Positions 35,246-44,141 of a DNA stretch of 64,000 bases are shown in pieces. The notes beneath the pieces were generated by a model. It saw only the letters and a program-made list of their open reading frames with translations. It was not told where the DNA came from and made no database searches. Source of the DNA: an uncultured Dehalococcoidales bacterium (GTDB lineage Bacteria; Chloroflexota; Dehalococcoidia; Dehalococcoidales; GCA-2688105); the NCBI GenBank assembly GCA_964499445.1, contig CAZCLE010000001.1:29615-93614 (forward strand). Reading direction: 5' to 3'. The translations under genes were made by a program, and so were the position numbers. Every line of letters starts with the position of its first letter. The first letter of the stretch is position 1.

Positions 35246-36541
35246 CTAGCACCTGGATGCTTTGACGCCCAAATACTTTTCCACCAACGCCATAGCACAG
35301 AACTCCCCACACATACTGCAGGCCTCTCCAGCCGAAGCATGCCTGCTGTGAACCTGGCGAGACCGCTCAGGGTTTAAGGACAGTTTAGCTTGCTCCGCCC
35401 AGTCAAGTTTCTTTCGCGCCACCGACATCTTCCTATCCCACTCCTCGGTACCCTTCACCCCTTTGACTATATCACCAGCATGGGCAGCAATGCGCGAGGC
35501 GATTACCCCCAGCTTTACATCCTCAGGGTCAGGCAGAGACAGGTGCTCGGCTGGGGTTACATAGCATAGAAAATCAGTACCGGCAGCGGCAGCGACAGCT
35601 CCACCGATAGCCCCGGTGATATGGTCATAGCCGGCAGCTACATCGGTCACCAGCGGACCCAGAACATAGAACGGAGCCCCCTTGCAGATAGACTTCTCTA
35701 AACGAACATTAGCCTCAATTTGATTCAAGGGCAGATGCCCCGGACCCTCAACCATTACCTGAACTCCAGCCTGTTGTGCCCGCGGCACCAGCTCCCCGAT
35801 AACAAGTAACTCCTCTACCTGAGCCCGGTCAGTAGCATCAGCCAGGCAACCAGGACGCATCCCGTCCCCAAGGCTCAGCGTCACGTCAAACTCCCGGGCT
35901 AACTCCAGCAAGCGGTCATAATATTCATAGAGCGGGTTTTCGCGCTCATTGTAGAGCATCCAGCCTATCAGAAAAGCACCCCCCCGAGATACCACATCAG
36001 CTACTCTTCCCTGCTGCTTAAGGCAGGCAATGGCTGACCGGGTTACGCCACAATGCACCGTTATGAAATCAACACCATCACGAATATGTTCTTCAATGGC
36101 GGCAAATAGGTCATCAACCGTCATCTTGACTATGGCGCCGTGTCTACTTATCGCCTCAATTCCGGCTTGATAAATAGGCACTGTCCCTATCGGTAAGGAG
36201 CTTGAGCCAATAATAGCCCGCCGGATAGCCGATATATCGCCGCCGGTGCTCAAATCCATAACCGTGTCTGCCCCGGAATCAATGGCAACCTTTAGCTTTT
36301 CCATCTCAGTATCAATATTGCCGAAATCAGAAGATGTCCCAATATTGGCATTGACTTTGGTAGACAGCCCCTGACCTATGCCACAAGGAATAAGCTTGGT
36401 GTGCTTAGTATTAGCTGGAATTACTATCGTCCCGCTAACCACACCCTGCCGGATAAACTCAGCTTCCACCCCCTCTTGCTTGGCTACCAAGCTCATCTGT
36501 ATTGAAACAATGCCTTTTCTGGCTAATTCTAATTGAGTCAT
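35246..36541 (-). CDS. thiC: Phosphomethylpyrimidine synthase ThiC
   Basis: Short-form ThiC with a C-terminal CSMCGEFCA cluster motif. I prefer start ATG 36541 ([17 protein letters not shown] upstream) over the track start at 36568. Confidence 0.9.
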   Translation of the reverse strand: MTQLELARKGIVSIQMSLVAKQEGVEAEFIRQGVVSGTIVIPANTKHTKLIPCGIGQGLSTKVNANIGTSSDFGNIDTEMEKLKVAIDSGADTVMDLSTGGDISAIRRAIIGSSSLPIGTVPIYQAGIEAISRHGAIVKMTVDDLFAAIEEHIRDGVDFITVHCGVTRSAIACLKQQGRVADVVSRGGAFLIGWMLYNERENPLYEYYDRLLELAREFDVTLSLGDGMRPGCLADATDRAQVEELLVIGELVPRAQQAGVQVMVEGPGHLPLNQIEANVRLEKSICKGAPFYVLGPLVTDVAAGYDHITGAIGGAVAAAAGTDFLCYVTPAEHLSLPDPEDVKLGVIASRIAAHAGDIVKGVKGTEEWDRKMSVARKKLDWAEQAKLSLNPERSRQVHSRHASAGEACSMCGEFCAMALVEKYLGVKASRC

Positions 36542-36552
36542 ATCTGCCCCCT

Positions 36553-36697
36553 TAAAAACAAAAACCAAGGGCTACGGCTCTCATTACCAGACCCTTGGTC
36601 TAGGTTACCGCCGCTTCCCTACGCTCGCATTACCGAGATCAGGTTCACAGGGTTGGCATCAAAACACCTCTCAGCCTTTGAGCACCCCTAGCGGTTA
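36553..36697 (-). promoter_or_regulatory. TPP (THI-box) riboswitch with a terminator-type expression platform upstream of thiC-thi4
   Basis: The minus strand reads CTAGGGGTGCTCAAAGGCTGAGAGGTG...ACCCTGTGAACCTGATCTCGGTAATGCGAGCGTAGGGAAGCGG. This contains the conserved GGGGUGC, CUGAGA, ACCCU.UGAACCUGAUC, GGUAAUGC and GCGUAGGGA elements. The ACCAAGGG/CCCTTGGT hairpin (36564-36599) and TTTTTGTTTTT follow. Confidence 0.85.
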
Positions 36698-36767
36698 GCT
36701 ATAAAATTCTATTTTAAACATAGCACAAACTCTCCTGATATGCAAATGTGCCTTATTAATCTAGCTA

Positions 36768-36839
36768 CCTCACCCCCTTTATCCCCCTCTCCTTCAAAGG
36801 AGAGGGGGAAGGAGTAGGAAAGAGGGGCTTCGCCTCTCT
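36768..36839 (-). repeat. G-rich hairpin repeat, A module (inverted orientation) plus a degenerate B hairpin
   Basis: CCTCACCCCCTTTATCCCC + hairpin CCCCCTCTCCTT/AAGGAGAGGGGG, then AGAGGGGCTTCGCCTCTCT. Confidence 0.7.
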
Positions 36840-36923
36840 TTGACTCTTCAATAGAATTCCCTTTTTCCATATACCTAAATTAGTTCTAGAATACTTGACA
36901 AATAAGACAAATGGAGGTTTAAG

Positions 36924-37388
36924 TTGAAAAGAGGATTTATGGATTTCGCAGTAAATAGTATTATTCCAGCTTCTCCAGGGCAAACTGCACAGTGGATTGC
37001 AGAAGAAGCTCTGGCTCACATCAGCGACCTAAGCGATGCCCAAGACCCGGTAGCTTCTCTCGCAAATACATTAAGTAAGCAGGTTCAGACAGGGAAGGAA
37101 AGGCGTATTAGCAGAGAGCGAATTGGTGGTGTATACTGTTATTTCCCTGTATCTGGGCCATCTGTCTCAGACTCTAGTGAAGATATTGTTGCCCAGATTT
37201 CTCTATCTACGCAAGAATTGGAAGATATAGATAACCTTGTAGCTGTTGTAGGTAAGTTTGACAATAGAAGCAGCGCCATAAAATGGTTGGTTACGGAAGG
37301 TATTAAAGCTAACCGTGCTTACCTAGATAAGGTGGCGGATACACAAAACCAAATTGAGCGCCTAAAAAGAGAGGTAGCAACAGCTTAA
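36924..37388 (+). CDS. Hypothetical small protein, possibly DNA-binding (HARE-HTH-like N-terminus, ribbon-helix-helix-like C-terminus)
   Basis: 154 aa. It is bracketed by oppositely oriented repeat modules. ISLSTQELEDIDNLV...NRSSAIKWLVTEGI resembles a CopG/RHH pattern. This is a by-eye call only. Confidence 0.35.
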   Translation: MKRGFMDFAVNSIIPASPGQTAQWIAEEALAHISDLSDAQDPVASLANTLSKQVQTGKERRISRERIGGVYCYFPVSGPSVSDSSEDIVAQISLSTQELEDIDNLVAVVGKFDNRSSAIKWLVTEGIKANRAYLDKVADTQNQIERLKREVATA

Positions 37389-37408
37389 GGAGCAGCAATA
37401 AAGGGTTT

Positions 37409-37525
37409 AAGGGGCGAAGCCCCTGATATTCTTATATGGGGAGCCTAAGAGGGGGCGGAGCCCCCTCTTTAAAAATCCTCTCCCCTTCCCCTTACCAAGG
37501 GGAAGGGGATAAAGGGGATAGGGTT
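37409..37525 (+). repeat. G-rich hairpin repeat: two B hairpins plus an A module
   Basis: AAGGGGC-GAA-GCCCCT (37409-37424), AAGAGGGGGC-GGA-GCCCCCTCTT (37447-37469), then CCCCTTCCCCTT-acc-AAGGGGAAGGGG-ATAAAGGGGATAGGGTT (37482-37525). Confidence 0.75.
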
Positions 37526-37552
37526 GATAAACAATCTAAACAGTAGTAGAAT
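37524..37552 (+). promoter_or_regulatory. Sigma-70-like promoter candidate for pdxST, with its -35 overlapping the repeat terminus
   Basis: TTGATA (37524-37529), a 17-nt spacer, then TAGAAT (37547-37552). Confidence 0.45.
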
Positions 37553-37579
37553 ATTATAAACAAGGCTAAAGAGGAAAAT

Positions 37580-38461
37580 ATGGAAAGCGGGACATGGAAG
37601 GTTAAAACCGGGCTGGCTCAGATGCTAAAAGGCGGCGTAATTATGGATGTAATCAACGTCGAGCAGGCCAAGATTGCCCAGGAGTCCGGCGCCTGCGCAG
37701 TAATGGCACTGGAGAGGGTCCCGGCAGATATCAGAGCTACCGGGGGTGTAGCCCGCATGGCTGACCCAACGATTATTGAAGCTATTATGAAAGCAGTTTC
37801 TATACCGGTAATGGCTAAGTGCCGCATCGGTCACTTCGTGGAGGCTCAAGTACTGCAAGCCCTGGGCGTAGACTTCATAGATGAATCAGAAGTACTCACC
37901 CCGGCTGATGAAGCCCACCACGTCTGGAAGCACGAGTTTAAGGTTCCATTCGTCTGCGGCTGCCGCGACCTTGGAGAAGCCCTGCGCCGCATTGGCGAGG
38001 GAGCGGCTATGATTAGAACCAAAGGTGAAGCTGGCACCGGCAACATTGTGGAAGCGGTCAGGCATATGCGGGCAGTAACGGATGGCATCCGCAAACTGGT
38101 AAACAGCCCCCAGGATGAGCTAATGGCACTGGCTAAGGAAATGGGAGCCCCCTTTGAACTGGTAGAGGAGATACATAAAACCGGGAAACTGCCGGTAGTT
38201 AATTTTGCTGCTGGCGGAGTGGCTACCCCAGCCGATGCCGCCCTGATGATGCAGTTGGGTGCCGACGGTGTCTTCGTTGGCTCGGGTATCTTTAAGTCCA
38301 GCAACCCTGAGGTTAGAGCCAGAGCCATTGTCAAGGCAACTACTCACTTCCAGGACCCGGAAATCATTGCCGAGGTCTCCAAGAACCTGGGAGAAGCCAT
38401 GCCCGGACTGGATATAAAGCAAATCCCTACCGAGGAGCTACTGGCACCTAGAGGATGGTAA
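37580..38461 (+). CDS. pdxS: Pyridoxal 5'-phosphate synthase lyase subunit PdxS
   Basis: 293 aa. [14 protein letters not shown]...[26 protein letters not shown]...[10 protein letters not shown] are highly conserved PdxS blocks. Confidence 0.95.
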   Translation: MESGTWKVKTGLAQMLKGGVIMDVINVEQAKIAQESGACAVMALERVPADIRATGGVARMADPTIIEAIMKAVSIPVMAKCRIGHFVEAQVLQALGVDFIDESEVLTPADEAHHVWKHEFKVPFVCGCRDLGEALRRIGEGAAMIRTKGEAGTGNIVEAVRHMRAVTDGIRKLVNSPQDELMALAKEMGAPFELVEEIHKTGKLPVVNFAAGGVATPADAALMMQLGADGVFVGSGIFKSSNPEVRARAIVKATTHFQDPEIIAEVSKNLGEAMPGLDIKQIPTEELLAPRGW

Positions 38462-38462
38462 T

Positions 38463-39047
38463 ATGAGAATCGGTGTCCTTGCTTCGCAGGGAGCCTTTGC
38501 CGAGCATATAGCTATATTGCACCGCCTAGAAGTTGATACCATGCCCGTCCGTCTGCCTCACCAACTTACCCCATTGGACGGGCTAATCATTCCTGGCGGA
38601 GAAAGTACCTCTATCAGCCGGTTGATACTAGATTACAACCTGACAAATGAAATAAGAAATCTAGCTAAAAATGGTCTGCCGATACTGGGAACCTGTGCCG
38701 GTATGATACTGCTAGCCAAAGAAATTTCAGATTCGGACATAGAGCCTATAGGCGTAATGGACATAACCATCAGGCGTAACGCCTTTGGCCGACAAACGGA
38801 TAGCTTTGAGACTGACCTCTCCATACCCGTGCTGGGAGAAAAGCCCTTTCCCGGCGTATTCATCCGAGCACCCATAGTTGAGCAGACAGACAACGAAGTG
38901 GAAATACTGGCCAGGTTAGCTGATGGCACCAGCGTGGCTGCCCGACAAGGGAAACTACTAGCCTCCGCCTTTCACCCTGAGCTAACCAACGACCTGAGAT
39001 TTCACCGTTATTTTTTGGATATCGTAGCCGGAGACCGGCAAGTATAA
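38463..39047 (+). CDS. pdxT: Pyridoxal 5'-phosphate synthase glutaminase subunit PdxT
   Basis: 194 aa. IGVLASQGAF.EH...LIIPGGESTS...GTCAGMILLA...FHPE. Confidence 0.9.
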   Translation: MRIGVLASQGAFAEHIAILHRLEVDTMPVRLPHQLTPLDGLIIPGGESTSISRLILDYNLTNEIRNLAKNGLPILGTCAGMILLAKEISDSDIEPIGVMDITIRRNAFGRQTDSFETDLSIPVLGEKPFPGVFIRAPIVEQTDNEVEILARLADGTSVAARQGKLLASAFHPELTNDLRFHRYFLDIVAGDRQV

Positions 39048-39067
39048 CGCATACCCTGGGGGCACCT

Positions 39068-40582
39068 GTGCAAAAAGTAATCACCGATGACCTGGACGCT
39101 CTGCTCGACATTTTACCACCGCATATTCACCAGCCACTACGCCGACAAAAGGACATCAGCGAACTACTAGAGGTAGTCCTCGACCTGGGTCGCCCTCCTG
39201 AAGCTCGCTTTCCCCAGCGAGAAATGATTCTCGACCCCAAGGAAGTTGACGAGCCGGACATTGATTATGTCGCCTCTCGTATCAGCAGCTTCGGGGATGA
39301 CAACCGGGCGGGAATCGAGCGGACACTGCACCGCATCTCAGCCATTCGTAATCGCAAGGGGTGCATTGTTGGGCTTACCTGCCGTGTGGGCAGGGCTGTC
39401 TTCGGCACCATAAAAATTATTGAAGACCTTGTCCAATCAGGCAAAGGCATCCTGTTGCTGGGCCGTCCCGGGGTAGGCAAAACAACCATGCTCCGTGAGG
39501 TAGCCCGGGTGCTCGCCGACGACCTCAATAAACGGGTTATCATTGTTGACACCTCAAATGAAATTGCCGGTGACGGTGATATTCCCCACCCGGCTATTGG
39601 GCACGCCCGGCGAATGCAGGTAACCACCCCTACTATGCAGCACGCAGTAATGATTGAAGCCGTAGAAAACCACATGCCGGAGGTAATCGTTATCGATGAA
39701 ATCGGCACCGAGCTTGAAGCTCAAGCCGCCCGAACTATCGCTGAGCGTGGGGTGCAACTGGTCGGCACCGCCCACGGCAACACACTGGAAAACCTGATGA
39801 TGAACCCTACCCTGGCTGACCTTATTGGCGGTATCCAGACGGTAACCCTGGGCGATGAAGAGGCCAGGCGGAGGGGCACCCAGAAGTCCATACTGGAGCG
39901 CATGTCAATGCCTACCTTTAATATTGTCGTTGAAATTCAGGACTGGGACAGGGTAGCCATTCACCCTGATGTCAGCGAAGCCGTTGACGCCATCCTGCGG
40001 GGACAACCCATAGCTACTGAGATTCGCTGGCTGGATGATACCGGAGAGGTCAGAATAGAAAAGGAAATGCTAGCTACTTCTAATAAGCCTTCTAAGGACA
40101 AGCCACCGGTCAGGGAAGACAAGCACTATAAGCTTTACCTATTTGGCATAAACCGGGGGCGGGTGGAGCAGGTAGCCAGAGAGAGGCAGCTAACTCTGGA
40201 TACAGTTAACCACCTGAATGAGGCTAACCTGTTTGTAACCTCTAAGAGCTACTACCGGCGGAAGCCACAAAAGGTCAAAGATGCCGAAGCGGCTAACCTG
40301 CCCATCTACGTCCTCAAAAGTAACACCCCGCATCAAATCAGGCAGCTATTAAACACCATCCATCCCTCACCTAAAACCGACCGGTCAGACTCCTTCAAGC
40401 TTGCCCTTAATGAGGCGGAAGAAGCCGTGGAGCGGGTAAAAGGAGGGGAGGAGACAATAGAACTCAGCCCCCAGAGCGCCTATATCCGACGCCTCCAGCA
40501 CCTGATAGCGGAAAGAAATGCCCTAAGTTCCCAAAGCACGGGCAAAGACCCCAATAGACGGGTGAGGATTTATAAAGAGTAG
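39068..40582 (+). CDS. SpoIIIAA/Ycf45-like AAA ATPase with a C-terminal R3H nucleic-acid-binding domain
   Basis: 504 aa. GRPGVGKTTMLRE is Walker A and VIVIDEIGT is Walker B. The C-terminal LSPQSAYIRRLQHLIAE...STGKDPNRRVRIY matches the R3H pattern. Confidence 0.75.
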   Translation: MQKVITDDLDALLDILPPHIHQPLRRQKDISELLEVVLDLGRPPEARFPQREMILDPKEVDEPDIDYVASRISSFGDDNRAGIERTLHRISAIRNRKGCIVGLTCRVGRAVFGTIKIIEDLVQSGKGILLLGRPGVGKTTMLREVARVLADDLNKRVIIVDTSNEIAGDGDIPHPAIGHARRMQVTTPTMQHAVMIEAVENHMPEVIVIDEIGTELEAQAARTIAERGVQLVGTAHGNTLENLMMNPTLADLIGGIQTVTLGDEEARRRGTQKSILERMSMPTFNIVVEIQDWDRVAIHPDVSEAVDAILRGQPIATEIRWLDDTGEVRIEKEMLATSNKPSKDKPPVREDKHYKLYLFGINRGRVEQVARERQLTLDTVNHLNEANLFVTSKSYYRRKPQKVKDAEAANLPIYVLKSNTPHQIRQLLNTIHPSPKTDRSDSFKLALNEAEEAVERVKGGEETIELSPQSAYIRRLQHLIAERNALSSQSTGKDPNRRVRIYKE

Positions 40583-40609
40583 TGCATAGCTCAAGGAGGC
40601 TAACTGACT

Positions 40610-40900
40610 ATGCAGAAGGAAGATTGGCCTGAGTACTGGGGGCGTATAATTGGTGCGACCGTTTCCCTTGGTGCTCTATCAGCATTAGCGGGTCTTGTGT
40701 GGGGCTTGGCCGTTGGTTTCGATAAAGTCGCAGGTGCAATGTGGGGTGGCATCATTGGCGCTGGTATCGTATTTATCCTATCACTAGGAATTGGCAAGAA
40801 GGCAACTACCGGTATGATGATGATGTTTGGCGGTGTTGGGGCAATTGTGGTAGTGATAGGGCTAGTAGTATGGCTTATCCGTACATTAAAGGGGGGATAG
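40610..40900 (+). CDS. Small Gly-rich membrane protein (3 predicted TM segments)
   Basis: 96 aa. Hydrophobic stretches are IIGATVSLGALSALAGLVWGLAVGF, MWGGIIGAGIVFILSLGIG and MMMFGGVGAIVVVIGLVVWLI. No recognisable family. Confidence 0.4.
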   Translation: MQKEDWPEYWGRIIGATVSLGALSALAGLVWGLAVGFDKVAGAMWGGIIGAGIVFILSLGIGKKATTGMMMMFGGVGAIVVVIGLVVWLIRTLKGG

Positions 40901-40904
40901 TGTT

Positions 40905-41111
40905 ATGGCTAAGGAATTGAGTGAGCAGGATAAAGCTAGGTTGGTAGGGTGGTTGACTGTTTTAGAAGTTGCTTTGACTGGATTTGGTCACGAGCAGATA
41001 TATTTAGGACTAGCCACCCCTACAGTCACAAAACAAATGGATAGTATTCATAATACGCTAATGTGGATGCTGTCTGAGTTCGGGTTGGAAGGAGTAGCAA
41101 AGGGTTTGTAA
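40905..41111 (+). CDS. Hypothetical 68-aa protein
   Basis: The ORF sits 4 nt after the previous stop. No recognisable motif. Confidence 0.3.
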   Translation: MAKELSEQDKARLVGWLTVLEVALTGFGHEQIYLGLATPTVTKQMDSIHNTLMWMLSEFGLEGVAKGL

Positions 41112-41215
41112 CCGTAGGATAGTCAATTTAGAATGTTGAGAAATATAAATTAAGACCGCCGAGAATTACAATGTCATTTATGGCTTTACTCAGCACCTTT
41201 GAGGATTAACCAACT

Positions 41216-42973
41216 ATGAATAGATACAGTATTCGCTATCATTCACGAACCCGAGCAGCTTTAGCAAGGAGAGCCGAACAACAAATACCCCCTCTACCCG
41301 CATGGATTTTTAATTATCCTAACATTCCGAAATATGAACTAACTATGGCACTGAACGACTACGTTAAGAGAATTGACAACATCAACTTGCATACCGGTCT
41401 AAATATCATCGCTGATATAAGAGCAGATTCAGAAGAAGAGGCTTTAGAGATTTCAAAAAATCACGCGGAGGCACTTCTAAATATCATCAGTTTTTCCTCC
41501 CTAACTTATTGCGACCCAGCAACATTGGTTAGCATAATCAATATTGTGGATGATAAGGAAGGCTTCCCTCTGAGCTATTATGTATACCCATTGAAGGAAC
41601 AGGAAATCATCAGCTCCATAAACAAAATAGACGAATCCACATTCCGTACAATATTCGAGGCTTACGATAGAAGCTCTTATCAACCAAGAACCCTAAGAGC
41701 ATTAACATGGTTAAGAAAAGGAATTGGCGAAGATAACTTCGTGGACCAATTCACCTCCTACTGGATTGGATTGGAAGTTATCAAGCACATTCTGTCACCC
41801 GAAAAGACGAATACAGAAGCAGAATGGCAAAAAGTGGGAGAAATCTTCACAGATACATTACACTTTAAAGATTTTAAGAAAATTAGGCATGGCGGAAGGG
41901 TAGGATTATTACACGGCTCCCATGAGCTAAGCAACGAATTTGTAAGAGAAATAGGGAGCTATTTAGAACCAATAAGAAAAACATTAATCTTTTGCATAGG
42001 AAGTGTTTTAGGGTTGGAAGATAATATCACGACAACTATTATGAGCAGAACTCCTCGAAGAATTGAACAATCCCCTTGGTCGATCATGAAAGGCAATCTC
42101 AAAAATTTACCCAGAGATTTTGGAGAACTAATTAAGAACTACCCAAAGATTGATGCCGAGATAATAAACAAGCAATTCTCGATAAATGAAGATGGAAGCT
42201 TATCAATAAGATTTAAGGTAACCCATCACTTTCGTGGGTCAAGTGCCATCAAGTGGGAATTAAGGGAAATAGAACAATGGGGTAAAAAAGATGCCGGTAT
42301 CCAAGGATTTACGTTAGATGAAGCAAATATAAACAAAGGAAATAAGTTGCCCCTATTTATCACCTTTGAGGGTGGGGAGGGGTGCGGCAAGAGCGTCCAG
42401 GCCAAGGCACTATACCGGAGGCTGTCAAAATTAGCTATTCCGGCACTCCTGACCCATGAACCCGGGGGAACATCTCTGGGTAAGAGACTCGCTCGCTGCC
42501 TGAAGTGGGCGCAAAATACAGATATGTCACCGCTGACCGAGCTACTGCTGTTTAATGCTTCCCGCACCCAGCTAATAGACGAGGTCATCCATCCTAATCT
42601 AGCCGAGGGGAAAATCGTTATCTGCGACCGCTATGCCGACTCCACCACTGCCTACCAGGGCTACGGGCGAGGACTGGACTCAGAAATGGTCGCCGCTATC
42701 AATAACGCAGCCACTCGGGGACTAAAGCCCAATCTGACCGTGCTACTGGATATACCAGCCGAGGCTGGACTGGCCCGTAAAAGCACCAAAAAGCAAGACC
42801 GCTTTGAGCAGGAGGAGGTAGCCTTCCACCAGAGGGTGCGACAGGGCTACCTCAAGCTGGCAGCCAGTGACCCGGAGCGCTGGCTGGTAATTGATGCCAG
42901 CAAAAATAAAGAGGAAATAGCCCAGATTATCTGGCAAAGAGTAAGACAACTGCTGCCAAGTCGAGGAGGCTGA
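41216..42973 (+). CDS. Continuous 585-codon ORF: an unknown AT-rich 377-codon N-terminal part reads in frame into thymidylate kinase
   Basis: There is no stop between 41216 and 42973. Residues 1-377 have no family I can name (a possible Rx4H, RVGLLH). From LPLFITFEGGEGCGKS onward it is canonical Tmk. A sharp change from AT-rich to GC-normal composition occurs at about 42340. Confidence 0.5.
   Translation: MNRYSIRYHSRTRAALARRAEQQIPPLPAWIFNYPNIPKYELTMALNDYVKRIDNINLHTGLNIIADIRADSEEEALEISKNHAEALLNIISFSSLTYCDPATLVSIINIVDDKEGFPLSYYVYPLKEQEIISSINKIDESTFRTIFEAYDRSSYQPRTLRALTWLRKGIGEDNFVDQFTSYWIGLEVIKHILSPEKTNTEAEWQKVGEIFTDTLHFKDFKKIRHGGRVGLLHGSHELSNEFVREIGSYLEPIRKTLIFCIGSVLGLEDNITTTIMSRTPRRIEQSPWSIMKGNLKNLPRDFGELIKNYPKIDAEIINKQFSINEDGSLSIRFKVTHHFRGSSAIKWELREIEQWGKKDAGIQGFTLDEANINKGNKLPLFITFEGGEGCGKSVQAKALYRRLSKLAIPALLTHEPGGTSLGKRLARCLKWAQNTDMSPLTELLLFNASRTQLIDEVIHPNLAEGKIVICDRYADSTTAYQGYGRGLDSEMVAAINNAATRGLKPNLTVLLDIPAEAGLARKSTKKQDRFEQEEVAFHQRVRQGYLKLAASDPERWLVIDASKNKEEIAQIIWQRVRQLLPSRGG
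42347..42973 (+). CDS. tmk: Thymidylate (dTMP) kinase core, with a possible independent TTG start
   Basis: The in-frame TTG at 42347 is preceded by AAAGGA. The 208-aa product (M)PLFITFEGGEGCGKS...THEPGGT...ICDRYADST is normal Tmk length, with a P-loop and DRY motif. Confidence 0.65.
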   Translation: MPLFITFEGGEGCGKSVQAKALYRRLSKLAIPALLTHEPGGTSLGKRLARCLKWAQNTDMSPLTELLLFNASRTQLIDEVIHPNLAEGKIVICDRYADSTTAYQGYGRGLDSEMVAAINNAATRGLKPNLTVLLDIPAEAGLARKSTKKQDRFEQEEVAFHQRVRQGYLKLAASDPERWLVIDASKNKEEIAQIIWQRVRQLLPSRGG

Positions 42974-42978
42974 GTTAT

Positions 42979-44022
42979 ATGCCTCAAAAACGGGTTGCCG
43001 TAGCTATGAGTGGGGGAGTGGACTCATCACTGGCCGCCGCCCTGCTGAAAAAAGCTGGCTATGAGGTCAGTGGCGTTCACCTGAAGCTATACTCTGGTGG
43101 CAACTCAGCTCAGGTCGCCCCAGACTTAGAGCGCACTTGCCAAATCCTAAATATCCCCCTTGAGCAGCTTAACCTTGAGACGGAATTTAAGCGCCTGGTT
43201 ATCGACTACTTCTGCCGAGAATACAACCTGGGGCGCACGCCAAACCCGTGCACTATTTGCAACCAGCATATCAAATTTGGACTTCTCCTCAACAGGGTGC
43301 GGGAAATGGGGGCAGACTATTTAGCCACCGGTCATTATGCCCGAATTGAATGCCTGCCGGATGGCTATCGCCTGCTGAAAGCCATCGACCTGACTAAAGA
43401 CCAGTCCTATTTCCTCTATACTCTGGGGCAAAGGCAGCTTCAATACCTACTGCTGCCTCTAGGTAACCTCCACAAAGCGGAGGTAAGGAGGCTAGCCACC
43501 GAACTGGGCTTACCCACCGGCAGCCGACGTGATAGCCAGGATGTTTGCTTCATCCCTGATAACGACTATCGGTCATTTATCGCTCAGCATATTCCTCTCC
43601 AACCGGGGGGCATCGTTGATACCGAGGGCAAGGTTCTAGGCAGACACGATGGTCTAGCCCAATATACGGTGGGGCAAAGGCAAGGCTTGGGGCTTACCTC
43701 GAATAAACGTCTATATGTGCTCAAGCTGGATACCACTGGCAATAGATTAGTAGTCGGCACTGAAGACCAGCTTCTAAGTAATGTCCTCTCCGCCAATAAG
43801 CTAAGCTGGGTATCAGGAGAAGCCCCCCCAGAGCCGACTAACGTAACCGCTAAAGTCCGATACAAGTCGCCTGAGGCGGTGGCTAAACTCAACCTTAATG
43901 ATGAGATGGCAAGGGTTCAGTTTCACCAGCCTCAGCGGGCGATTGCCCCCGGACAAGCCGTAGTATTCTATCAGGGTGACGCAGTTCTCGGCGGGGGAAT
44001 AATAGAAGACAGGGTAGATTGA
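42979..44022 (+). CDS. mnmA: tRNA 2-thiouridine(34) synthase MnmA
   Basis: 347 aa. VAVAMSGGVDSS is the PP-loop. NPC..CN and KDQSYFL motifs are present. Confidence 0.9.
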   Translation: MPQKRVAVAMSGGVDSSLAAALLKKAGYEVSGVHLKLYSGGNSAQVAPDLERTCQILNIPLEQLNLETEFKRLVIDYFCREYNLGRTPNPCTICNQHIKFGLLLNRVREMGADYLATGHYARIECLPDGYRLLKAIDLTKDQSYFLYTLGQRQLQYLLLPLGNLHKAEVRRLATELGLPTGSRRDSQDVCFIPDNDYRSFIAQHIPLQPGGIVDTEGKVLGRHDGLAQYTVGQRQGLGLTSNKRLYVLKLDTTGNRLVVGTEDQLLSNVLSANKLSWVSGEAPPEPTNVTAKVRYKSPEAVAKLNLNDEMARVQFHQPQRAIAPGQAVVFYQGDAVLGGGIIEDRVD

Positions 44023-44049
44023 AGGAGAAGAAGGCTAAAGGAGAATTAA

Positions 44050-44127
44050 AGAGAGACAAAGCCTCTCTTATATAACCAAGGGCAAATTCCCCTTCGTAAG
44101 GGAAAGGGGATAAAGGGGATAGGGTTA
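44050..44127 (+). repeat. G-rich hairpin repeat (degenerate B + A module)
   Basis: AGAGAG-acaaagc-CTCTCT, then TTCCCCTT-cgt-AAGGGAAAGGGGATAAAGGGGATAGGGTTA. Confidence 0.65.
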
Positions 44128-44141
44128 CTTGACAAAACTCA

